Source of the DNA: Macrostomum lignano
Taxonomy: Eukaryota
Length of the DNA: 64,000 nucleotides
Direction: 5' to 3'
NCBI GenBank assembly: GCA_002269645.1
Contig: NIVC01001960.1
Span: forward strand, 124,001 to 188,000
Every line of letters begins with the position of its first letter. Position 1 is the stretch's first letter. Of the stretch, positions 49,176 to 59,900 are shown one piece after another. The translations under genes were made by a program, and so were the position numbers. Below the pieces are notes generated by a model, which made no database searches, had not been told where the DNA came from, and saw only the letters and a list, made by a program, of their open reading frames with translations.

Positions 49176-52100
49176 ATGCCAAACGAAGCCGCCATGGAGC
49201 CGCAGCAGCGACTTCGCCGCCTAATGAGCTCAGCTGAGAGTTTCGCAATTCAAAAAGAGATTGGCGTTGAGAAATATCTGAGATCGGGGGTTGAAATGAT
49301 GCGAATGGCTAGGATGTACTTGCGGACTAAGGAGCTGCAGAATGCCTACGTGCTGTTCTCCAAGTTCGCCATTATGGTGCTGGACAAACTTCCCAAGCAT
49401 CCTGGATTTGCTGCTGCACCGGAGCATTTGAAGAAAAATGCAAGGTATTGGCGACATGCGGGTTTTTCTCTGAAGTCCAATAATTTGGTTATTGATTGAT
49501 AAATCTCCCATTTCTTTAATGTTTTCCCAGTTTCCTAAAAGTACTATCTAGATTGACGGATTCTTATAAGGTTCTCTCAGGCTACCCAGTGTTCTCTCAG
49601 GCTACCCAGTGTTCTCTCAGGCTACCCAGTGTTCTCTCAGGCTACCCAATGTTCTCTCAGGCTCTCCAGTGTTCTCTCAGGCTCTCCAGTGTTCTCTCAG
49701 GCTACCCAATGTTCTCTCAGGCTCTCCCGTGTTCTCTCAGGCTACCCAGTGTTCTCTCAGGCTACCCAGTGTTCTCTCAGGCTACCTAGTGTTCTCTCAG
49801 GCTACCCAATGTTCTCTCAGGCTACCCAGTGTTCTCTCAGGCTACCCAATGTTCTCTCAGGCTCTCCAGTGTTCTCTCAGGCTCTCCAGTGTTCTCTCAG
49901 GCTACCCAATGTTCTCTCAGGCTCTCCCGTGTTCTCTCAGGCTACCCAGTGTTCTCTCAGGCTACCCAGTGTTCTCTCAGGCTACCTAGTGTTCTCTCAG
50001 GCTACCCAATGTTCTCTCAGGCTCTCCCGTGTTCTCTCAGGCTTTCCAGTGTTCTTTCAGGCTCTCCAGTGTTCTCTCAGGCTACCCAATGTTCTCTCAG
50101 GCTCTCCAGTGTTCTCTCAGGCTACCCAATGTTCTCTCAGGCTCTCCAGTGTTCTCTCAGGCTCTCCAGTGTTCTCTCAGGCTACCCAATGTTCTCTCAG
50201 GCTACCCAGTGTTCTCTCAGGCTACCCAATGTTCTCTCAGGCTACCCAGTGTTCTCTCAGGCTACCCAATGTTCTCTCAGGCTACCCAATGTTCTCTCAG
50301 GCTCTCCAGTGTTCTCTCAGGCTCTCCAGTGTTCTCTCAGGCTACCCAATGTTCTCTCAGGCTCTCCTGTGTTCTCTCAGGTTACCCAGTGTTCTCTCAG
50401 GCTACCCAGTGTTCTCTCAGGCTACCCAGTGTTCTCTCAGGCTACCCAGTGTTCTCTCATACTACCCAGTGTTCTCTCAGGCTACCCAATGTTCTCTCAG
50501 GCTACCCAATGTTCTCTCAGGCTCTCCAGTGTTCTCTCAGGCTCTCCAGTGTTCTCTCAGGCTACCCAATGTTCTCTCAGGCTCTCCTGTGTTCTCTCAG
50601 GCTACCCAGTGTTCTCTCAGGCTACCCAGTGTTCTCTCAGGCTCTCCAGTGTTCTCTCAGGCTACCCAATGTTCTCTCAGGCTCTCCCGTGTTCTCTCAG
50701 GCTACCCAGTGTTCTCTCAGGCTACCCAGTGTTCTCTCAGGCTACCCAGTGTTCTCTCAGGCTACCCAGTGTTCTCTCATACTACCCAGTGTTCTCTCAG
50801 GCTATCCAGTGTTCTCTCAGGCTACCCAGTGTTCTCTCAGGCTACCCAGTGTTCTCTCAGGCTACCCAGTGTTCTCTCAGACTACCCAGTGTTCTCTCAG
50901 GCTACCCAGTGTTCTCTCAGACTACCCAGTGTTCTCTCAGGCTATCCAGTGTTCTCTCAGGCTACCCAGTGTTCTCTCAGGCTACCCAGTGTTCTCGCAG
51001 GCTACCCAATGTTCTCTCAGACTACCCAGTGTTCTCTCAGACTACCCAGTGTTCTCTCAGGCTACCCTGTGTTCTCTCAGGCTACCCAGTGTTCTCTCAG
51101 ACTACCCAGTGTTCTCTCAGGCTACCCAATGTTCTCTCAGGCTACCCAGTGTTCTCTCAGACTACCCAGTGTTCTCTCAGGCTACCCAATGTTCTCTCAG
51201 GCTACCCAGTGTTCTCTCAGGCTACCCAGTGTTCTCTCAGGCTACCCAGTGTTCTCTCAGGCTATCCAGTGTTCTCTCAGGCTACCCAGTGTTCTCTCAG
51301 GCTACCCAATGTTCTCTCAGGCTACCCAGTGTTCTCTCAGGCTACCCAGTGTTCTCTCAGGCTACCCAATGTTCTCTCAGGCTACCCAGTGTTCTCTCAG
51401 GCTACCCAGTGTTCTCTCAGGCTACCCAATGTTCTCTCAGGCTCTCCCGTGTTCTCTCAGACTACCCAATGTTCTCTCAGGCTATCCAGTGTTCTCTCAG
51501 GCTCTCCAGTGTTCTCTCAGGCTACCCAATGTTCTCTCAGGCTACCCAATGTTCTCTCAGGCTATCCAATGTTCTCTCAGGCTCTCCAATGTTCTCTCAG
51601 ACTACCCAATGTTCTCTCAGGCTACCTAATGTTCTCTCAGACTACCCAGTGTTCTCTCAGGCTATCCAGTGTTCTCTCAGGCTACCCAATGTTCTCTCAG
51701 GCTACCCAATGTTCTCTCAGGCTCTCCAGTGTTCTCTCAGGCTCTCCAGTGTTCTCTCAGGCTACCCAATGTTCTCTCAGGCTCTCCCGTGTTCTCTCAG
51801 GCTACCCAATGTTCTCTCAGGCTACCCAATGTTCTCTCAGGCTACCCAATGTTCTCTCAGGCTACCCAATGTTCTCTCAGGCTCTCCAGTGTTCTCTCAG
51901 GCTCTCCAGTGTTCTCTTAGGCTACCCAATGTTCTCTCAGGCTCTCCCATGTTCTCTCAGGCTCTCCAGTGTTCTCTCAGGCTCTCCAGTGTTCTCTCAG
52001 GCTACACTGTGTTCTCTCAGGTTACCCAGTGTTCTCTCAGGTTACCCAGTGTTCTCTCAGGCTACCCAGTGTTCTCTCAGGCTACCCAATGTTCTCTCAG

Positions 52101-54479
52101 GCTACCCAGTGTTCTTTCAGGCTACCCTGTGTTCTCTCAGGCTACCCAATGTTCTCTCAGGCTACCCAGTGTTCTCTCAGGCTACCCAGTGTTCTCTCAG
52201 GCATTCCAGTGTTCTCTCAGGTTCTCCAGTGTTCTTTCAGACTACCCAATATTCTCTCAGGCTACCCAGTGTTCTCTCAGGCTACCCAGTGTTCTCTCAG
52301 GCTACCCAGTGTTCTCTCAGGCATTCCAGTGTTCTCTCAGGTTCTCCAGTGTTCTTTCAGACTACCCAATGTTCTCCCAGGCTATCCAGTGTTCTCTCAG
52401 GCTACCCAATGTTCTCTCAGGCTCCCCAGTGTTCTTTCAGGCTACCCAATGTTCTCTCAGGCATTCCAGTGTTCTCTCAGGTTCTCCAGTGTTCTCTCAG
52501 GCTACCCAATGTTCTCTCAGGCTACCCAGTGTTCTCTCAGGCTACCCAATGTTCTCTCAGGCATTCCAGTGTTCTCTCAGGTTCTCCAGTGTTCTTTCAG
52601 ACTACCCAATATTCTCTCAGGCTACCCAATATTCTCTCAGGCTACCCAATGTTCTCTCAGGCTCTTCAGTGTTCTCTCAGTCTACCCAGTGTTCTCTCAG
52701 GCTACCCAATGTTCTCTCAGGCTATCCAGTGTTCTCTCAGGCTACCCAATGTTCTCTCAGGCATTCCAGTGTTCTCTCAGGTTCTCCAGTGTTCTTTCAG
52801 ACTACCCAATATTCTCTCAGGCTACCCAATGTTCTCTCAGGCTATCCAGTGTTCTCTCAGGCTACCCAATGTTCTCTCAGGCTCCCCAGTGTTCTTTCAG
52901 GCTACCCAATGTTCTCTCAGGCTACCCAATGTTCTCTCAGGCTCTCCAGTGTTCTCTCAGGCTACCCAATGTTCTCTCAGGCTCCCCAGTGTTCTTTCAG
53001 GCTACCCAATGTTCTCTCAGGCTATCCAGTGTTCTCTCAGTCTACCCAATGTTCTCTCAGGCTATCCAGTGTTCTCTCAGGCTACCCAATGTTCTCTCAG
53101 GCTACCCAATATTCTCTCAGGCTACCCAATATTCTCTCAGGCTACCCAATGTTCTCTCAGGCTCCCCAGTGTTCTTTCAGGCTACCCAATGTTCTCTCAG
53201 GCCCTTCAATGCACGAGTGCTTAATTAGAGTATCCCGAGCACACTAATAACTGGATGGGCCACTCGGGCACACTGGCTTGCTAAAACTGTCTCTACTTTC
53301 AGCTCAGTAGCAAGGCAGAATGCATAAGCTATTCTATGAAAAGACAGGCAGTTGGAGTGACTAGCAGACGCCAACACAACTGGCTATTGGTGCAGCCGTA
53401 ATGTACATTTACCAGCCAGAGCCACTGAGAATGTACATGCCAGCTTTAGGCTGCCACTCTGATATGGGCAATAAAATTCAGCGGGGGGGGGCGGTGCTAA
53501 GAGGGCCAATAAATGAGTCTCGTCTTAAAATACGTTAAAATGCTTCTATTTGAACTGCCTACTGAACTGAAAGTAGCTTATGCGCAGATGTGCACTCAAG
53601 TCCTTTTACGAGTAGATGAAAAAATCTTGTTCAAAAAGAAGACAAAAACTTTGCTTCTTGCTCAGGCTCGAATGCAAAACCGCTCTAAGCGAGGCCGAGC
53701 GCATCAAGCGCCTCCTGTTAGACCAGTTCGCCGCCGAGCACGCCAAAGCCAAGGCCGAAGCCGAAGCTGCCGAGGCCGCCAGGGCGAATGCCGTTGCTGC
53801 CAAACAGGCCGAGGAGATCCTGCCGCCTGTTGAACCGAGCGCGCCGCCGCCGCCGTACAGCGGTGCCGATGCGTCCTCGTCGACCATAGCACCGCCCAGC
53901 CTGTCGGAGGACTTCGGCCTCTCTGACAGCAGCTGGGGCAGCCATTCGGGCGTTGGTTCGCTGCGCACTCTGGTGCTGCCGGCCCAGCTCGGGCTGAGAT
54001 TTCTCCGCCTGGCCGACAGCAACACCGCCGCTAATAAGGAGACCTGCGGCATTCTCTGCGGCTCAGTGAGAGACGGCGCCCTGGCCGTCACAGATTTGGT
54101 GCTGCCGAAGCAGAGCGGAACTTCGGACTCCTGCACCACCAGCGGCGAGGAGGAGATCTTCGGCGTGCTGGACAGGTTCGACCTGGTCACCCTCGGCTGG
54201 GTGCACACGCACCCTACTCAGACTGCTTTCCTATCTAGCATCGACCTGCACACTCACCTGTCCTATCAGCTCATGCTGCCCGAAGCTGTTGCCGTTGTGT
54301 GCGCGCCGAAATTCGGCGACACGGCTACGTTCACCCTGACCCAGCACGGCCTGGACTATCTCAGCCGCTGCTCTGGCAAGGGCTTCCACCCGCATCAGGA
54401 GCATCCGCCCCTGTTTGAGCGGGCCAAGCACGCCATTGATGCGCCCGAGGGCGATCTTAAGGTGCACGATTTGCGCTGA
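49176..54479 (+). CDS. STAMBP: AMSH/STAMBP family JAMM deubiquitinase; exons 49176-49444 and 53666-54479
   Basis: N-terminal domain KYLRSGVEMMRMA...AYVLFSKFAIMVLDKLPKHPGF; phase-2 junction KNAR|LECK; MPN/JAMM motifs ETCGILCG, PKQSGTSDSC and GWVHTHPTQTAFLSSIDLHTH...YQLMLPEAVAVVCAPK. Confidence 0.95.
49571..53200. repeat. 20-bp minisatellite (GTTCTCTCAGGCTACCCA(G/A)T), ~181 copies in unbroken register, in the STAMBP intron
   Basis: Register is constant on every 60-nt line; local 200-bp and 120-bp higher-order periods. Confidence 0.98.
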
Positions 54480-54679
54480 ATACATCTGGGCCTGCTCCGT
54501 TTGGATTGTGTTGCCTTCGGAATAGTTTGTTTCAACACATATCGGTGTTGTTGAAGCCTAACTCTGAATGGCTTAACCTGCTGAGTTCGATCAATTCTAA
54601 CGGATACTGATTTGCTAGCTATCCAGATGTACTCAAGCATTTTGGGCTAGAGACTCTTGTAGAGCCTTAATCTTAATCT

Positions 54680-55310
54680 CACCCAGTCACTCTCCCAGTC
54701 TCTCTCGGTCTCACCCAGTCACTCTCCCAATCTCTATCAGTCTCACCCAGTCACTCTCCCAGTCTCTCTGTCTCACCCAGTCACTCTCCCAATGTCTCTC
54801 AGACTCCCCCAGTCACTCTCTCTAATCTCTCTCAGTCTCACCCAGTCACTCTCCCAATCTCTCTCAGTCTCACCCAGTCACTCTCCCAATCTCTCTCAGA
54901 CTCCCCCAGTCACTCTCTCTAATCTCTCTCAGTCTCACCCAGTCACTCTCCCAATCTCTCTCAGTCTCACCCCTGTCACTCTCCCAATCTCTCTCAGACT
55001 CCCCAGTCACACTCTCTAATCTCTCTCAGTCTCACCCAGTCACTCTCCCAATCTCTATCAGTCTCACCCAGTCACTCTCCCAGTCTCTCTGTCTCACCCA
55101 GTCACTCTCCCAATGTCTCTCAGACTCCCCCAGTCACTCTCTCTAATCTCTCTCAGTCTTACCCAGTCACTCTCCCAATATTTCAGTCTCACCCAGTCAC
55201 TCTCCCAATCTCTCCCAGTCTCACCCAGTCACTCTCCCAATCTCTCTCAGTCTCACCCAGTCACTCTCCCAATCTCTCTCAGTCTCACCCAGCCACTCCC
55301 AATCTCTCAC
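54680..55310. repeat. Degenerate pyrimidine-rich ~30-bp array (TCTCACCCAGTCACTCTCCCAATCTCTCTCAG)
   Basis: Directly visible; a related array occurs at 61870-62105. Confidence 0.88.
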
Positions 55311-56134
55311 AGTGATTGATCACACCGATAGACTACTATTCTATTACTAATAGTAATATTGGGCGTAAATTTTTATTAATTACGCATTAAATCTAGCTTA
55401 AAATGAAAAAAGAAGTGTGATTTTGATTTCTATCTCTGCAAGCGGCAGTGTGTATCCAGTCTATTGTTCTGTCTTTTCTCTATGCAATATGATGCCGTCA
55501 GTGTTGCAGTAGCTCTGTGTTCAATGTACGATATTTTTATATCCCTATATTGATAGAAAAACTCCTATTCTGCGCCGAGCTGTTTCACAGTACATACTGC
55601 TCTGTTATTTGCCAAAACGGATGCTTCTCGTATACAGTGAGCGAAATGAGAAAGAGCTGACTGCTTCCTTTATAACCCCCAATTTTCATATTTGTTTACA
55701 TAATGCGATGCTTGCACAGTATTTTTGTTATGATATACTAAGCGTTTCGGCTTGACACTGCTTATAATTAATGCTATATTTTTATTATTCCTTGGCTGAA
55801 TTAAATTCGATAATACGACAACAAACGCTTATTGGAAATTTATTTGTGTAGCACAAATTTCTGCTTTTATTTATTTATTTATAGAGAATTCGATTTAGGG
55901 GAAACTTTCATTTTGGCATTATGAATTTGGATCCTTGTATGTCAAATGTCAAATCTGGTTCATATTTCATTTTTAGTGCTAATAGTTTTATATTTATTGG
56001 GGTTCTTGGTGTTTCTGGACCTCTATCGGTTGTCAGCTTTGAGCAATCTGTGAGCATGGAGTCTGCAAACTTCTGCAACCCTCTGTGGGTCAGAGAGGCT
56101 CTGTACTATGCTATAGAGTCAGGGGGCTGCAGGC

Positions 56135-56778
56135 ACACAACCGGCGAGAGGCATTACTGCCCATTCCGCCAACTCCCCTGAGCAGGCACACAAGCGGCGA
56201 GAGGCATTACTGCCCATTCCGCCAACTCCCCTGAGCAGGCACACAACCGGCGAGAGGCATTACTGCCCATTCCGCCAACTCCCCTGAGCAGGCACACAAC
56301 CGGCGAGAGGCATTACTGCCCATTCCGCCAACTCCCCTGAGCAGGCACACAACCGGCGAGAGGCATTACTGCCCATTCCGCCAACTCCCCTGAGCAGGCA
56401 CACAAGCGCGTGGATCATGGATGAAGCAATAGAAAGGCTCGCTCATCTGAAACCGGCGTACAAGCTTCAGCCAGTAAGAACTTGGGGGGGGGGGAGGGTA
56501 CTATTATTAAATTCCAGCAGCCAATGAAATTCATGGGGGGAATATCCCAATTTTTAGGAAGTCTTGGCCGTAGACTCGCTTTCAGATGAGCGATCCTTTC
56601 TATTCCTTCATCCATGGCGCGGATACGTACGCAGTCATACGCACAGGCACACGCTCACAGTTAGGCATGCACACTTCACTGAGCCTTGTGGGGTTGGCCC
56701 TCAAGGCCGTTAATTGCACGAGCAGAGATTCCAATTTGGCTCCAAATTAATGTGACTGCACTTGGAATCGAGCCTGGA
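56135..56778 (+). mobile_element. Dispersed repeat family A, copy 3, with five tandem 53-bp units and a nested MITE
   Basis: GGCACACAACCGGCGAGAGGCATTACTGCCCATTCCGCCAACTCCCCTGAGCA x5, then family-A sequence interrupted at 56416-56616. Confidence 0.8.
56416..56616. mobile_element. 201-bp hAT-like MITE
   Basis: 37-bp TIRs with 2 mismatches (CATGGATGAAG(C/G)AATAGAAAGG(C/A)TCGCTCATCTGAAA); 8-bp TSD GCGTGGAT/GCGCGGAT; the empty site is seen in family-A copies 1 and 2. Confidence 0.88.
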
Positions 56779-56998
56779 GAACGCAGTGCTGGATGCTCAG
56801 CAATGTAAAGGGTAGGGATTGAACTTTTTGGTTAATGCCAGCTGGCATCCTGGTTTTCAATTTGGCATCTTGAATTTGCGTGGGAGTGTCACTTCCATGT
56901 CTCCCGCTCCGTGTTCCCTGATCTGAATATCTATGGAGCTTAGACCTGTTGTTTTACCTCAGTAATTAATATTAATAATTTGTCCGGCCATCCCGCAG

Positions 56999-59900
56999 CC
57001 TCAGCAAGACGCTCAACAGACCCCGGCGCTGGCTGACGAGTTGGCCAGTCTGCACCAGCAGCTGCGCCAGGAGCGCCTCTTTGTCTGCTGCGAGAAGGAT
57101 CTCATCAGGCAGCTGTTTGATCAGCTGAGCGACGCCTCTCGTAGAATACTGCACGAAGGCTTCCGTTTGCACCTGCAGCAGCGACTGCTCACCCGCGAAG
57201 CTGCCACAGCCTCGGCCGCTACAGGCTGCGTGGATTTGGCTCGCTTCGCCGCCGCTTTGGACGCCGAGCTGCGCTATCGCGATGCCTACTCTCTGCTCAC
57301 CTGTCACGAGCACAAGTACGCCGACCTGCTCAGGCTGCTGCGAACCAGCCCGGACCTGCTGGCTCACGTGCTGCTCACTGTTGAGCGGCGGCCTCTCGCT
57401 GACACCGACTGCACCAACGACCCGCCCGGCAGCGGCGGCTGCCTGCCCAGACTGCTGCAGTGCGTCTTCGCCTGCCTGTTCGGCCACTGCCTGGCCGAAT
57501 CGTCCGAGGAGGCCTGCTATCAGACTCTGATGCGCCTGATGGAGATTCAGGTTGGTGCTCAGTTAGCGAGAACTCACTGGCCCTTCCTGTTAAGTCAGTG
57601 ATTTATTGATGGATATTTATTACTCTGTTGTAGCCTAGTGGTTAGAGCAACGGACTCACGACTTGAAGGTCGGGGGTTCGATTCCCGATCCCACTGGAAC
57701 AGTTTGTGTCCTCGATCAAGACACTTAACTCTACACTGCTTCAGTTCACCCAGCTGTAAAATGGGTGCCAGCATTAGCTGGGGTAATTGAGGCTGTGTGT
57801 AGCGACCCCCCCCCCCCAGTCCTTGGACTGAACAGCCGTACGCAGCCTTCAGATGCGCCGCGCAAATAGCAGCTGAGCTGTCGGTTGCACACCTGGCCCA
57901 ATTAGGGCAGGTGTGAATCAATTATTATTATTATTATTATATTAAAATCCTGGGATTTATGGTTATTTATCTAATAGTCAAATGTAAGGGACATAAAGTG
58001 ACTCAAAAATCTGCCAACCCCTGTCTCATACTCAGGTCCTGCCGCTGGACAATCCCGTCAAGCTGTTGTCTCGCGGCACGGCCACTTTTGTCCGACTGCT
58101 CCGCCTCAGCCTGGACGCCGGCGCTGGCGGCTTCCTGGTGCAGACCCTACGCCGGCCGATTCACACCCTGCTGGCGGAGTTCAACGATGTCTTCTTGGAT
58201 CTGGATCTCAACAAGGCTGTGCAGGTAACTGCCGGTATATGCCTTGTCGCTTGCCTGTGGCTTCTACTGGCTATTATTGCCAGTTGTCTCTACCCTGTCA
58301 TTCTACTGTCTACCCTGTCATTCTACTGTCTACCCTGTCTACCCTACTGTCTACCCTACCGTCTACCCCTACCATTCAACCCTGTTGCAGGACCGGTTCT
58401 GCCGGGACCGACGCGAGCACATGTTTGGGAAGGAGGGCAGCGAGCAGTTTGAGCTGTGCGTGCGCGACTACCGCAAGCAGATGGCCGATAGGTAAAATTT
58501 GCGACTTAACCTAAGCTGCAAACTGACTGCGGCCGGCAAACCCGCACGAGCTCTGGTTTCCATATTTCAGAGTGGCCCGCCTGGCCCGCCTGTTCATAGA
58601 CGAGCTCCGCGAGAACACGCGCGCCTTTCCACGACCGTTCCTCTGGTTGCTGAGCGGCCTCTACCGGCAGGCCAGCGGCCGGCCCAACAGTCGAATGTCG
58701 CCTGCGGCAGCGCGCTCCCTCTGCGGCCACCTGGTGTTTCAGCACTACCTGATCCCGGCCCTGCTCGACCCCGAGCACAGCGGCATAGTTTGCAGCGTGG
58801 CTATCAACTACATCCAGCGGAACAACCTCATGCAGATGGGCCAGGTACTCGAGGCATTGTGCCAGGGCGGCTCGCTGGACTCGCGCGTATTCAGCCCGGA
58901 GATATTCGGCCAGTTCGAGCCGGACTGTCTGACTGGCTGGCTGGACTCGCTGCTGCGGATCGGCGCCGGGCTCAGCGGGCCAGTTGCCGGCCTGCAGCCG
59001 CAGCAGCAGCACCAGCAGCTCCAGCTGAGCAGCCTGGCTGTCACGCCGGACGATCTGGACCTGCTTGTCCGGGCCTGCCGCGTTGCCGTCGGCTCCGGCC
59101 AGCAGGACGACGGAGCGGGGGCGGCTGCCGCAGCCAGTGCGGCCGCATCGCAGCAGCGACGCAGACTGGAGGCCTGTCTGGCCGACCTGCCCGAGTCCGT
59201 GCCGGGTCGCTCCGCTGCCAACGCCACCGGCTCTTTCTCGACGGGAGCAGCCGCATCGCCAGCTCACAATGTCGGCTCGGCCTCTTCAACGCCGAGGGCC
59301 GAGGCGGCGCTGTCGCACTCGCCAGCGTCCAGCTCGTCGCCTTTTGTGCATCGCCGCCGGCAGGTGACGTCATTGCTCGGCAACTTTGGCAGCGGAGGCG
59401 GCGGCATCGGAGCCCACTCGCCTCTGACTGGCTCTACGGAGTCGCTGTGCGCTCCGGACTCCGGGCAGGAGATGGTAGGGCTTGATGTACTTCCATAGCT
59501 CATGTATAGTGCTATGCTTCAAACTAAGAAAAAATAAGTACAAACGGATTCTGTGTTCTCTTTATAGACGGGACATTGTGAACTTTATCGTGGTCTTATT
59601 GATAAAGCTTAGGTACCTAAGGTTCCGTTAGGTTTGTCTAAACTTTGAAGAATAGGATATTCTACTATTAGTAAACATTTAACATTTCCTCATTCCTCAT
59701 TAACAGATCCGGCAGTCCCGCGACGTCCTGGTGCTCCAGCTGGACCCGCCGGCCGACTGTCCCGGCCTGCTGCCCGAGGACCGGGTGCTGGAGAAGGCCA
59801 GCAAGCGAGCCAGGGTGTCAATCTTCGCGCCGGAGGAGTCTTCCTACACTAGGGGCGGCGGCGGCGGTGGCAGCGGCGGCAGCGGCGGCAACGAGAAGAA

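Noticed and set aside
49571-53200. Recursive splicing through the CAG|G units
   Set aside because: The units read CAG|GCTACC or CAG|GCTCTC, not the AG|GT(A/G)AG needed to regenerate a donor.
49553-53247. Very long ORFs (up to 1131 aa) over the 20-bp array
   Set aside because: Products of a stop-poor tandem repeat open in several frames, lying inside a well-defined STAMBP intron.
57626-57700. Possible tRNA gene
   Set aside because: A and B boxes are present, but there is no paired acceptor stem or T-run terminator; it continues into a SINE body and (ATT)n tail, with a second deleted copy at 48790.
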